From NCBI GenBank assembly GCA_965263355.1, contig CBDHHL010000049.1, positions 128,001 through 192,000 on the forward strand: DNA of 64,000 nt. The letters are read 5' to 3'. Both the position numbers and the translations under genes were made by a program. The notes under the pieces were generated by a model. The model was not told where the DNA came from. It worked only from the letters and a program-made list of their open reading frames with translations, and did no database searches. How positions within the stretch are numbered: the stretch's first letter is position 1; each line of letters begins with the position of its first letter. This stretch comes from Leptolyngbyaceae cyanobacterium. GTDB taxonomy: Bacteria > Cyanobacteriota > Cyanobacteriia > Phormidesmidales > Phormidesmidaceae. Shown one piece after another: positions 10,045 to 19,803 of the stretch.

Positions 10045-11184
10045 TCATGTGTAATGTGAAAACTCTACTTCCGCTAGGGCTTCATCGGGCAACACATAGG
10101 AATTTTTGAGAAATTCATTTTCTTCGATAAACAGTTCAGGGAAGCGGATATTAGGGAGCACTTGAACCGCAAAAATTTCTTGTACCGCGTCCTCAAATTT
10201 TAAAAATGCTACTATTTCTTGAGTTTCAAGGTTAATTACCCATACTCCGCAGGTTCGTTCGGTTAGCCGCTCGGTCAGAGGCAACCCGCTAAATATTGCT
10301 GATTCTCTCACTTGGGATAGACCGATAAAGGCCAAAGGACCGAAGAAATCCAGACCTCGGGTAAATCCTGGTAGTTGGATAAAGGCCAAAGGACCGAAGA
10401 AATCCAGACCTCGGGTAAATCCTGGTAGTTGGATTATGGGTTTAACTTTTCTGGTAGCGACATTCACCTTTGCTAGGGTACCTTCTCCGGACTCTAGTAC
10501 CCATAGCTGATCGCGATACCATCGTGGGGAATGGGGCATCGATAACCCTTTGATGAGAATTTCATTAGTGGTGACATCCATCAAGATGCCACCACTAGCT
10601 TTTTGCTCTCGCCAGCCGCCAACTGTATTTGTTGTACCCAAAGCGGTCACGTATTTGGGCATACCGTCTATCAGTTCCAGCCCGTTGAGATGACAGCGGT
10701 CTTCAGGAGCATAGGCGCTGACAAAGGGAGGCCGCCAGCGGGGTACAAAACTATGATCGAGATCCTGCGTACACAGGCATGAAAATCGCGTATTGACAAA
10801 CCACAGACCGTCATCTCCCCAGGCCATTTCATGGATATCAATATCTCCTGTGACATGAATGTTACGAGGTAAAAAGCAGGCATCGTGCTTACCAAAAGGC
10901 TCAAGCTTGGCAGCGGCGGCAGGTACATTACGCAATTCCCAGATATAGGCACTGGTGCCAATGGCCATGCGTCCGGTGTGATCGGTGGCCAATCCCATGG
11001 GTTTTTGAAAGATCCGAAAATGGGTATTCAGCGTATTCCCATCGGCACGAATCAAGACGACTTTGCCAGCCTGATATGTCGAAACAACAAGGGATATTCC
11101 CAGGTGATTAAGTAAGGCTGGAAAATTATTAGTGTGGATGCTTCGTAGAGAGGCTTGTCCACTAGGGGCATCAAAATTTGTCAA
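10045..11184 (-). CDS. TIGR03032 / DUF4915 family protein
   Basis: VSTYQAGK, HVTGDIDIHEM, FVNTRFSCL, PEDRCHLNGL, GLSMPHSPRW, LPGFTRGL, GLSQVRE motifs. Contains an 18-aa duplication. Confidence 0.88.
   Translation of the reverse strand: MTNFDAPSGQASLRSIHTNNFPALLNHLGISLVVSTYQAGKVVLIRADGNTLNTHFRIFQKPMGLATDHTGRMAIGTSAYIWELRNVPAAAAKLEPFGKHDACFLPRNIHVTGDIDIHEMAWGDDGLWFVNTRFSCLCTQDLDHSFVPRWRPPFVSAYAPEDRCHLNGLELIDGMPKYVTALGTTNTVGGWREQKASGGILMDVTTNEILIKGLSMPHSPRWYRDQLWVLESGEGTLAKVNVATRKVKPIIQLPGFTRGLDFFGPLAFIQLPGFTRGLDFFGPLAFIGLSQVRESAIFSGLPLTERLTERTCGVWVINLETQEIVAFLKFEDAVQEIFAVQVLPNIRFPELFIEENEFLKNSYVLPDEALAEVEFSHYT
10324..10434. repeat. Exact 54-bp in-frame tandem duplication
   Basis: gataaaggccaaaggaccgaagaaatccagacctcgggtaaatcctggtagttg x2, giving IQLPGFTRGLDFFGPLAF twice. 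Confidence 0.95.
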
Positions 11185-11253
11185 TGGATATCTTCAATAA
11201 TTGAATAGTATCAATTGAATCAGTTTAACCATTTTTACGAGAGAATTAGCTCT

Positions 11254-12165
11254 TTAATGTGAAATTTTGGTTCCCAGCTGATTGCCAGCCTGAACCTGAA
11301 CCTCTAGGTGCTGTTGTGAGTCTTGAATTAAGTCTTCATCAAAAATGATTGCACCAGGCTCAAAAAGTAGCACTATCGTAGAACCCCCATATTGGAAATA
11401 GCCCTTCTCTTGACCCCTATCAACTATGCCGGGAGTATAGGTTTGAATAATACTGGCCACTGTAGTTGCTCCTATTTCAACATACGTAATTCGCCCAAAG
11501 TTTTGGGAGTAGAATTCGGTTACGGCTCGTTTATTTTGATACAAAATTCCAGGGACTCTGGACAAGGCGATGGGGTTAACTGAGTGATATGTTCCTCTAA
11601 TATATCGTGCACGATTCGCCTTTCCTTGATCGGGAAAATGAAAGCGATGGTAATCGCGGGGAGCCAGACGAAGAATCAGTGCGCTTCCGTCTTGATATGT
11701 CTGGGCCGCACTTTCAGAAGCTAACAGGGCCTCCACGGTGATTGCGGACCCCTTAACAGGGATTTGGGTTTGTTTGGTTAGTTTAGGGTAAACTAAAACC
11801 TTTCCATCGCCAGGGGAACAAAATATGTCTGCGTTCTTGATAAAAGGACGAGCATGGGATTTTAAATGACGTGAGAAAAAGGCATTAAAGTTCTGATAAT
11901 ATTCTAGGGGAAATTCGACTTCCTCAAGATTGATAGAGTATTCTTTGACAAACTCGAAAATTTTGCGACGACTGCTGGGTAGATCTTGTAATTTACCAAA
12001 AAGCCAACAGAAAGCTTGATTATTAAGAAAACAATTAAAAACTGTGAAACCTAGAGTGTCTTCATATAACCAGCGCAATAGATCTTCCGCAAAGATTTTT
12101 TCAGCCGTAATCTTCCCAGTTAGGCGATCGCGATAGCAAATTTCAGTTTTTGTAGTTGTTTCCAT
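11254..12165 (-). CDS. psd: Phosphatidylserine decarboxylase proenzyme
   Basis: FNAFFSR, SPGDG, RLAPRDYHRFHFP, YHSVNP, GYFQYGGSTIVLLF autocleavage motif. ATG at 12165 lies 5 bp after the pssA stop. Confidence 0.95.
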   Translation of the reverse strand: METTTKTEICYRDRLTGKITAEKIFAEDLLRWLYEDTLGFTVFNCFLNNQAFCWLFGKLQDLPSSRRKIFEFVKEYSINLEEVEFPLEYYQNFNAFFSRHLKSHARPFIKNADIFCSPGDGKVLVYPKLTKQTQIPVKGSAITVEALLASESAAQTYQDGSALILRLAPRDYHRFHFPDQGKANRARYIRGTYHSVNPIALSRVPGILYQNKRAVTEFYSQNFGRITYVEIGATTVASIIQTYTPGIVDRGQEKGYFQYGGSTIVLLFEPGAIIFDEDLIQDSQQHLEVQVQAGNQLGTKISH

Positions 12166-12170
12166 TTCTG

Positions 12171-12809
12171 TCAACCTAAAGCGATTACCCAACTATAGAA
12201 TCCTGTCAGTACAATTGCGCCTGACGCAAACACGCCATACCAAACACCTCGAATTTTAATCATTTTGAAGTTGCTTACCATAGCGATCGCAAGCATTAAA
12301 TAGACGCCATCTAGAACCCATTTCATCATCGAGTCAGATAACATAAAACTGGCTGTAAACGTAAGCGGAATAAACAGAGCTGCATAGGTAACAGGTAAAC
12401 CAGTAAAGTATTCTTCGTTTGTCTCACTAATGAGTCCCACGCTGTTAAAGTACGACAACCGTAAAGCATTTACTGAGACATAGAACATCAGCATCGAAAC
12501 AGACAAAAAATCCTGTAATCCGAAACAATAAGCGAAAATAACCGGAGCAAACCCGAAAGAACAAACATCCACAATGCTGTCAAGTTGCTTGCCAATTTCA
12601 GATTGGAGGTGAGTCCGCTCCATTTTTCTAGCAACTACACCATCTAACATATCAGTCAATCCTGCATACATCATGCAGATAATAGCGATGTAGAAATGCT
12701 CTTGAATAGCCAAAATAGCTGATGCTGAGCTAAATATCAATCCAGCTAAAGTTAAAAGGTTTGGCAGATCAAGTTGTTGCAGGATTGGATTTTTCATAGT
12801 TTCTATCAC
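12171..12809 (-). CDS. pssA: CDP-alcohol phosphatidyltransferase, probable phosphatidylserine synthase (type II)
   Basis: LPNLLTL, DMLDGVVARKM...GKQLDSIVDVCSFGFAP signature, RLSYFN, FTGLP. Adjacent to psd. Confidence 0.88.
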   Translation of the reverse strand: MIETMKNPILQQLDLPNLLTLAGLIFSSASAILAIQEHFYIAIICMMYAGLTDMLDGVVARKMERTHLQSEIGKQLDSIVDVCSFGFAPVIFAYCFGLQDFLSVSMLMFYVSVNALRLSYFNSVGLISETNEEYFTGLPVTYAALFIPLTFTASFMLSDSMMKWVLDGVYLMLAIAMVSNFKMIKIRGVWYGVFASGAIVLTGFYSWVIALG

Positions 12810-12864
12810 GCTAAATTTTACTGAAATAATTTCTCGAAAACAAAATCTTGTCTTGAAATCACTA

Positions 12865-13752
12865 TCAAAAAATAGGAAACCCGTGATTTATAAGAATATA
12901 GAAAAATGGTGCGGCGAATAAAATACTGTCAAATCGATCCAAGATTCCACCATGCCCAGGTAAAACCTCACTAAAGTCTTTGATTTCCAGCTTTCTTTTG
13001 AGTGAAGAAAACAATAAATCCCCCAAATTCCCAACTATCCATATAACGAGCAATAGGATAGCGTCTTGCAATAGATTGGTATGCAGGACAGGGATAAATG
13101 TATGTAGTAAGATGATTGCTAGAATAAGCCCTATACCTGCAAAAAGATATCCCTCTAATGTCTTGCCAGGACTGATCTCTGGGAATAGGTATGTCTTGCC
13201 GAATTTTTTCCCAAAAATATACCCAATATTGTCGTTAAACTGTATTAAAAAAAGAATAGCTAGTAATGAGCCTGGACTAATTTTTATGAGATTCGCTAAA
13301 AATGTTGAGCTAAGAACTAAAACAAATAAAGAAAATGCTAACAGGTAGCGTGGTTTTTGAATCAGCTCTTGTTGACTGTTGAAGGTTATAAAGCCCATTA
13401 AAATAAAACCAGGTGTCGCAAGCTCAATAAATTGGCTTTGAGTATAAAGACCAGTTACGAATACGATTAAAGTAACAACCCCTAAAAATATCTTATTAAT
13501 TGGATACTGCTGGCTTAATTCATAAATGCCGAGCATCAAAACACATCCGACAAAAATATTCCAACCCAATACCCCTTGGTAGATAGCCAGGAGGATTAAA
13601 TGTAACAAAATTGAAAGGCTGAATGCTCTCATGATTACCTCTTTATTTCCTTGAATGATGGAAACGATCAGAAAAGATAAATAACAAATCAATCCAACGA
13701 GATAAAAATGCAAGAGGTTTTGAGTGTCCATAACAATCTTGATAGGTTTCAC
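12865..13752 (-). CDS. cdsA: Phosphatidate cytidylyltransferase
   Basis: Polytopic membrane protein with DNIGYIFGKKFG, ISPGKTLEG, GDLLFSSLKR...IKDFS..LPGHGGILDRFDS. Confidence 0.93.
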   Translation of the reverse strand: MKPIKIVMDTQNLLHFYLVGLICYLSFLIVSIIQGNKEVIMRAFSLSILLHLILLAIYQGVLGWNIFVGCVLMLGIYELSQQYPINKIFLGVVTLIVFVTGLYTQSQFIELATPGFILMGFITFNSQQELIQKPRYLLAFSLFVLVLSSTFLANLIKISPGSLLAILFLIQFNDNIGYIFGKKFGKTYLFPEISPGKTLEGYLFAGIGLILAIILLHTFIPVLHTNLLQDAILLLVIWIVGNLGDLLFSSLKRKLEIKDFSEVLPGHGGILDRFDSILFAAPFFYILINHGFPIF

Positions 13753-13791
13753 ACAAGGGTTTCTTGTGTTTAGGGTGCCGGGATATAGAGG

Positions 13792-14718
13792 CTATTGAGT
13801 CGTGCAGTGATAGCTGCCCGACCAGTCATAGAGAGAATTGAGTGACAACAACGAACGATCTCTCTGTTGAAATGTTTTTCCTTTTAGTAGCTCAGCCAAT
13901 ACTAAAATGGGATAGGTATGGCTAGATTTGAGAGCCATGATGCCGCTTGCGCCGGGTTGCTTGCTGTTAAGCCAATCGTTAAGAAAAATGTCGACATCGC
14001 CTATCATCTCACTGTAGCCAAAAATGGTGGTTGAATGGAACGCAATTACATGTTCTGCATCGCCGTCATCTAACCGTTGACACTTGCTTGTATCTTTGAA
14101 TAATGGGCCAGCTGGCTCTAGGGCAATAATGGTGTTGATTGCACTGCCTGTTTGTTCTGCATAGCTAGCACCTGCATTACCTAAGATATGGGCACCAAGA
14201 CTATGGCCAATCAAGATGATTTTTGATGAGTGAACTCCTAAATCAGCCAGAAAATTTCCGAGCAAAGCCCCCACTTTCAGAGTGTTTTTCTTCACAAATG
14301 TGTAATTGAGATGATTGGCATATTCTGTCCAATCAACAAAAATTACATTGGCATTAGGGATATGGTGTTTAATTGCAATCAATAGATCTTGAAAGTCGCC
14401 ATCTCTTGCTCCACCGCTGCACCAACCATGGGTTACAACATAGGTTGTCCGATTGACATCAAAACTGGTATTTTGCCACAGATAATATGTAACTCCGTTC
14501 TTTTTCTCTAAAAGAGCGCACTGACTTAAATCTCTTAAGCCAAAGAAGCTATCGTATTTTTGCCTGACTTTCTGGTCAACCGGGTGAATGATCTCATCTT
14601 TAATCCAATTTTGTATATTGCTAACGCTATAAAATAATTGTCGATATATTTTCTGAGTAAAAGAAGCTGAGCTATTTGGTGGTTGATTTGTATAATTCAA
14701 GTTCGAAATATTGATCAT
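13792..14718 (-). CDS. Lipase/phospholipase A1-like alpha/beta hydrolase (pancreatic-lipase family)
   Basis: VTHGW, NVIFVDW, LIGHSLGAHI, ALEPAGPLF, RLDDGDA, SH. Confidence 0.85.
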   Translation of the reverse strand: MINISNLNYTNQPPNSSASFTQKIYRQLFYSVSNIQNWIKDEIIHPVDQKVRQKYDSFFGLRDLSQCALLEKKNGVTYYLWQNTSFDVNRTTYVVTHGWCSGGARDGDFQDLLIAIKHHIPNANVIFVDWTEYANHLNYTFVKKNTLKVGALLGNFLADLGVHSSKIILIGHSLGAHILGNAGASYAEQTGSAINTIIALEPAGPLFKDTSKCQRLDDGDAEHVIAFHSTTIFGYSEMIGDVDIFLNDWLNSKQPGASGIMALKSSHTYPILVLAELLKGKTFQQRDRSLLSLNSLYDWSGSYHCTTQ

Positions 14719-14804
14719 TAGTTGATTGTGTAAGTCATATAGAACCTATACACCTCGATATTGCCATTATCGTGAATCTTGAGGGCAGACAAAAGACTGA
14801 AAAG

Positions 14805-14833
14805 ATCAGTTTTTGTCAGGTAAATGTTCAGGT
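14805..14833 (-). promoter_or_regulatory. ACCTGAC-type direct-repeat array upstream of the lipase-cdsA-pssA-psd operon
   Basis: Minus strand reads ACCTGAAcatttACCTGACaaaAACTGAT, with spacings of 12 and 10 bp. Confidence 0.6.
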
Positions 14834-14972
14834 ATTGCCTAAAAAAAGATTTATAATGATGCCGACCTCGGTAATTCGATTGCATGTAATAACCTAACTC
14901 GTTGCAAAATCAGGCTAACTTCAACCCCTGATCCACATGTAACTTTTAGAACCTTCACAGTGAGTGCAGTTT

Positions 14973-16151
14973 ATGACTCGTGAATTAATACCGTTTTATC
15001 CACCCCAATCCAATCGTTGGATAACCTGGTTAATCCAGCACTTTGCCAAGCCAATCACTTACGCTCTTTATAAGTTTGATATTCGGGTGTCTCCAGCAGA
15101 TATCGTCAAGTTAAAAGCACTAGAGGAGAATCGGTTAGTCTACATCTGCAACCATCCATCTATGGAAGATGGACCAGCCATGTTCTGTTTATCCGCTCAG
15201 CTTGGCCAACAATTTAACTACATTGTGACATGGAACCTTTTCAGAGGGTTACAAGGTAAATTGCTTCAGGCATTAGGCTGTTATTCTATCCGTCGAGGTC
15301 TGGGCGATCGCGCAAGTATTATTCATACCTTAAATTTATTGAAATCACCTCGTTGTCGTCTGGCGATTTTTCCAGAGGGTGGCTGCACCTATCAAAACGA
15401 TAAAATAATTCCTTTCCTCTCAGGCGCAATCCAAATGCCATTAAAGGCGATGGATCAGTTAACCAAACGGGCGGATACTCAAGAAAATCATCTCAATCTG
15501 TATCTAGTGCCCGTCAGCTTAAGGTATAGCTATGTTCAGCCGCTAGAATCTATCATTGAGCGGAGCCTACAGGCTTTAGAAGCTGAATTGAATCTGCAAT
15601 TCTCTACCCATGCGTTTTATGACCGCTTGATTGCGATTGAAACACGCATACTTGAGCAGCTAGAAAGCGAATATAGCTTTGCAAGCGACAACCGACTTAC
15701 CCTGAACCAACGTATTGCTCGCCTGCGCCAACATGCTATGGCACAGTGCAAACAAAGACTTAGGCTTGACCTTCCCGATAATAGCTCCCTGCGTGAACGG
15801 GTTTACAAAATTCAAGCCATCTTGCAAGCAAAGTTACCGCAGACTCAAGATGATAAAGCTCTCTACTGGCAAACTGTTCGTTTGCTAAACTTTGATTCTA
15901 TCTATGATGATTATATTGACAAACACTCTTCCCTTGAGAGGTTTCTCGATACCCTGATGCGGCTGGAAAGTGAAACTTACAAAGCTGAGTATCTGAAGCC
16001 TAAAGCCTTTCGTCGAGCCAAAATCAGAATAGGAAACCCCATTAACCTTAAAGCTTATGTCGATGCCTATCGCGCTGATAAAACTGGCACAGTAGAGAAA
16101 CTCACTCAACAACTTCAAACAACGGTTCAGAATAATCTGTTGAACCTATGA
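14973..16151 (+). CDS. Glycerolipid (lysophospholipid) acyltransferase, PlsC superfamily
   Basis: ICNHPSMED (HxxxxD), GCYSIRRG, AIFPEGG, LVPVSLRY. ATG at 14973 (track GTG at 14964). Confidence 0.88.
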   Translation: MTRELIPFYPPQSNRWITWLIQHFAKPITYALYKFDIRVSPADIVKLKALEENRLVYICNHPSMEDGPAMFCLSAQLGQQFNYIVTWNLFRGLQGKLLQALGCYSIRRGLGDRASIIHTLNLLKSPRCRLAIFPEGGCTYQNDKIIPFLSGAIQMPLKAMDQLTKRADTQENHLNLYLVPVSLRYSYVQPLESIIERSLQALEAELNLQFSTHAFYDRLIAIETRILEQLESEYSFASDNRLTLNQRIARLRQHAMAQCKQRLRLDLPDNSSLRERVYKIQAILQAKLPQTQDDKALYWQTVRLLNFDSIYDDYIDKHSSLERFLDTLMRLESETYKAEYLKPKAFRRAKIRIGNPINLKAYVDAYRADKTGTVEKLTQQLQTTVQNNLLNL

Positions 16152-16247
16152 TGGAAGAATATTAAGAGCGAAAGTTGTTGCATCCACTACAAATTTTAGA
16201 GGCTCAAGGCTGCGATAGATTCTGGGTTCACTGTCTGAGCCTTGTTT

Positions 16248-16286
16248 ACCTGACAAAACCTGACTATTGACCAGACAAAACCTGAC
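16248..16286 (+). promoter_or_regulatory. ACCTGAC direct-repeat array upstream of the MFS/RND operon
   Basis: ACCTGAC 16248, ACCTGAC 16258, ACCAGAC 16270, ACCTGAC 16280 (spacing 10-12-10). Confidence 0.7.
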
Positions 16287-16561
16287 TGTTTATGTCTAGT
16301 TCCTGCTTAAAAGGATCACTACATTGGATTAAGCCTATAAGTCACTTAAGTTTAAATCACAGAGTAAGCAAACCAATTGGATGACAAATAATGAGAAACC
16401 AATAATATCACAGATTCTTTTAAGGGAGGAGAGTTGTGATATTCCCGAGGCCAGAGCCTCAAAAATCATTGGCAATAGCATCAGGCAAAAAGTGAGGGTC
16501 TGGATGTGGTCAAGGTGTATCACCTACTCAAAGGTATATTACCCGTTCAAAGAACCAAGAC

Positions 16562-18325
16562 ATGACTAAAACCGTCGTTCCCGAAAATCAAAAATTTAAG
16601 CAGAGAATTTTAGGGGTAGCCTTTGTCAGCGTCTTCATTGATTATATGGGTATCGGCCTTGTTGTCCCACTCTTACCCTTCTATGCTAAAGCCTTTGGGG
16701 CGTCTGCCTTTGAAGTGGGGGCACTATTTGGTATTTACTTTTTATTTGGAATTCTGGCCCCTGTAATCTGGGGGAGTTTAAGCGATCGCATCGGTCGTCG
16801 TCCAGCACTCCTTTTCAACATTGCGGGAACAGCCCTGTCATATCTATGGCTAGGTTTAGCGAACTCACTATGGATGCTTTTTATGGCCCGGATTTTAGCT
16901 GGAGCTTCTGGGGCCAGTATCGTCATTGCCCAGTCCTACGTTTCTGACCTAACCACCACTGAGAACCGCAGAAAGGCCCTAAGCCTTATCGAAGCAGCTT
17001 CGGTCATTGGTCTGGTGATTGGTCCCGCAATCGGAGGATTCTTGCTAGGAAACGAGCCGAACCAACCCAATTTCCGCTTGCCTGGTTTGGTTGCTGCAGT
17101 AGCCTCGGGGCTAATCTTTGGCCTTGCGTTGATAGCGTTACCCCCTGGAGGACCCCGTATACATACTTCATCGCCAGCAATGCCAACATCCCCCCGACAG
17201 GTCTTGGCTGACGTGAACCAGGTGCTTCAACGACCACTCATGGGGGCACTTTTGATCGTGGTCTTTCTAGCAGTGCTAGCTTTCACAGGCATTCAGGCGA
17301 TTTTTGCCCTGTGGTGTGAACAACGATTTGGTTGGGGGCCACAACAGTTTTGTTATTTCGTCATTTATTACTGTATTTGTGTTGTTACGCTACAAGTGGC
17401 TTTGACAAGGCCTCTTTCAAGGCGATTTGGTGATATTGGATTACTTTTATTCAGTCTCATAGTGGGGAGCTGCGGATTATTTATGGTGCCCCTCTCGCAG
17501 ACACTACCACAATTTCTAATACTAGTATTTGCAACAGCAACGGAGGCTCTATTTCATACGGGACGTGCCACTTTAGTAACACAGCTTGCAGGCACCAATC
17601 AACAAGGTAAAACCCTGGGTTTAATGCAATCGGTGATGGGATTATCTCGATTTTTGGGAGCCCTCCTGGCCGGGTATCTATTTGGTGCATTCGGTGCAAA
17701 CTGGCCCTATTGGGTGGGTGCCATTTTAATGATAGCTACCACTGTTATTTGTTGGCAGAAACTTACACAATCGAGCCTAGCTGCGGTAATGCGACAGCGG
17801 CGACGGCAAAAACTCATGCACCTATTTAACCTACTAGATCGAGATCAGAATGGCACAATTGAACGACAGGATTTACAACGAGTCGGTCAGGATTTAGCCA
17901 AACTTAGAAACTGGCTACCGGATACAGCTAAATATCAAAGGTTGCAAACTGCTTTTATGGAATTGAGTGACCGCTTGCAAACATTGGCGGATCGCGACAG
18001 TAACCAGCAGATTGATCAAATCGAATGGCTACATTGCTTGGAACAACCACAACAAGTAGATAATGAGTTTGCCCACCATTTCCTACAAATCATTGACGCG
18101 AATCAAGATAATCAGGTAACGCTGGAAGAATTGAGCACCTTCTACCAAGCATTGGGCATCGATACACCAGCACTCAAAGAAATTTTTGATACCCTTGATC
18201 TCAATCAGGATGGACATCTTTCGCAGACCGAATTCGAGGCTATATTTGCCCAGTTTTTATATAGTGATGACGTCCAGGTACCGGGGAACTGGATGTTTGG
18301 GGCGAGCTTGCCTCTGAAGTTGTAG
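16562..18325 (+). CDS. MFS transporter (TetA/DHA1-like) fused to a C-terminal EF-hand domain
   Basis: GSLSDRIGRRP motif A and about 12 TM segments, then DRDQNGTIERQD, DRDSNQQIDQIE, DANQDNQVTLEE, DLNQDGHLSQTE loops. Confidence 0.9.
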   Translation: MTKTVVPENQKFKQRILGVAFVSVFIDYMGIGLVVPLLPFYAKAFGASAFEVGALFGIYFLFGILAPVIWGSLSDRIGRRPALLFNIAGTALSYLWLGLANSLWMLFMARILAGASGASIVIAQSYVSDLTTTENRRKALSLIEAASVIGLVIGPAIGGFLLGNEPNQPNFRLPGLVAAVASGLIFGLALIALPPGGPRIHTSSPAMPTSPRQVLADVNQVLQRPLMGALLIVVFLAVLAFTGIQAIFALWCEQRFGWGPQQFCYFVIYYCICVVTLQVALTRPLSRRFGDIGLLLFSLIVGSCGLFMVPLSQTLPQFLILVFATATEALFHTGRATLVTQLAGTNQQGKTLGLMQSVMGLSRFLGALLAGYLFGAFGANWPYWVGAILMIATTVICWQKLTQSSLAAVMRQRRRQKLMHLFNLLDRDQNGTIERQDLQRVGQDLAKLRNWLPDTAKYQRLQTAFMELSDRLQTLADRDSNQQIDQIEWLHCLEQPQQVDNEFAHHFLQIIDANQDNQVTLEELSTFYQALGIDTPALKEIFDTLDLNQDGHLSQTEFEAIFAQFLYSDDVQVPGNWMFGASLPLKL

Positions 18326-18337
18326 CATTTCAGGACC

Positions 18338-19798
18338 ATGACGTTACCAAAACGACAAAGTACTAGCTCTCAGTCCAACCCGTTTCCTACCTCGGAAGGA
18401 AATAAAAATCTTCGTTCAACTCGAGTTTCTGTCAAAAAAACATCCAAAAAAGCACCTAACCTTAGGTTTCTCTGGCGTGGAATAATTCTAGCAGTATCAA
18501 GTTTTGGAATTTTTTTCTTTAGCCCAACTATCAAGGAGATTTTATCGCAAAATAAAGAGATTTTATCGCAAAATAGAAAGAGCACAGTCCAAGATACCGT
18601 ATCCTCTCTCAGTATTCTACCTGTCGAAGTAACCACTACCAACGCTGTTGACTCTTATCAAGTAGAGCACACCTATGCAGGAACAATTATTCCCCGTAAT
18701 AGCAGTGTGCTAAGTTTTGAACGTGCGGGTAAATTAGCCAAAATCGTGGTTGATGAAGGCGATTATGTTGAAATGGGGACTCCCATTGCGTTCCTTGACA
18801 CCCGTACCTTAAAAAACCAGCAATGGGAATTATCAGCGCGGCGCAAACAAATGGTTGCGCAACTGCGGGAAATGGAGGCAGGTGCTAGGGCCGAAACAAT
18901 TGCTGCAGCTGAGGCATCCGTAAGACAATTAAACGAGCAGCTTCAATTAGCTCGTCAAAAAAGCGAGCGTCGCGAGGCTTTATACAATCAAGGAGCAATT
19001 TCTCAAGAGCAAAGAGATGAAGCCTTTAATGAAACGAGCACATTGCAAGCTCGCCTAGATAATGCACAAAGTCAATTAGATGAACTACTGGCAGGAACCC
19101 GTTCAGAACAAATCGAAGCACAGCAAGCCCTGATCGAACAACAAGATGCCAAAATTGCCAATCTAGATATTGAACAAGAGAAAAGTATCCTCAAGGCTCC
19201 TTTTTCGGGCACGATATCTGACCGTTTAGCTGACGTCGGCACAGTTTTAGACGCGGGCCAGGCAATGTTTAAGCTAGTAGAAGATAATCAATTGGAAGCC
19301 CATGTTGGGATTCCCAGCAAGACAGCGTCAGCGACTCAAATTGGTGATATTTTCACCTTACAGGTTGAACAGAACACCTATCAAGCACGAGTCACTTCAA
19401 TTCTTCCAGAACTCGATCCGCAAACTTTAACAGTCACTATCGTCCTCAAACTAGACCAGACAGACTCAACCGCGATTTCGCTGGGGCAAGTGGTCAAATT
19501 ACAACTCACTGAAACAATTAATCAGCCTGGTTACTGGTTACCGATTACGGCCTTAGTAGAAACCGAGCAAGGGTTATGGTCTTGTTATGTATTAGGGAAA
19601 CAGCAAGACGTGACTACTGACAATCAACCAGTCTTTCAGGTTAACGAAAATATTGTGGAAATCTTACATACACAAAGCGATCGCGTCTTAGTTCGAGGAA
19701 CAATCCAGCCCAATCAAAAAGTAATTGTCGATGGCATTCACCGTATTGTCCCAGGCCAACAAGTTCGCATTAGTAATGGCAACCTAACCCCTGAGTAA
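18338..19798 (+). CDS. RND efflux periplasmic adaptor
   Basis: VDEGDYVEMGTPIAFLD, coiled coil, LKAPFSGTI. Paralog of 1342-2622. Confidence 0.92.
   Translation: MTLPKRQSTSSQSNPFPTSEGNKNLRSTRVSVKKTSKKAPNLRFLWRGIILAVSSFGIFFFSPTIKEILSQNKEILSQNRKSTVQDTVSSLSILPVEVTTTNAVDSYQVEHTYAGTIIPRNSSVLSFERAGKLAKIVVDEGDYVEMGTPIAFLDTRTLKNQQWELSARRKQMVAQLREMEAGARAETIAAAEASVRQLNEQLQLARQKSERREALYNQGAISQEQRDEAFNETSTLQARLDNAQSQLDELLAGTRSEQIEAQQALIEQQDAKIANLDIEQEKSILKAPFSGTISDRLADVGTVLDAGQAMFKLVEDNQLEAHVGIPSKTASATQIGDIFTLQVEQNTYQARVTSILPELDPQTLTVTIVLKLDQTDSTAISLGQVVKLQLTETINQPGYWLPITALVETEQGLWSCYVLGKQQDVTTDNQPVFQVNENIVEILHTQSDRVLVRGTIQPNQKVIVDGIHRIVPGQQVRISNGNLTPE
18536..18575. repeat. 21-bp-period tandem duplication (KEILSQN x2)
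   Basis: gagattttatcgcaaaata at 18536 and 18557. Confidence 0.85.
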
Positions 19799-19803
19799 TT
19801 CCC

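Noticed and set aside
16335..16569. Two opposing 62-aa ORFs upstream of the MFS gene
   Set aside because: No motif or RBS support; probably 5' untranslated sequence, though a small peptide cannot be excluded.
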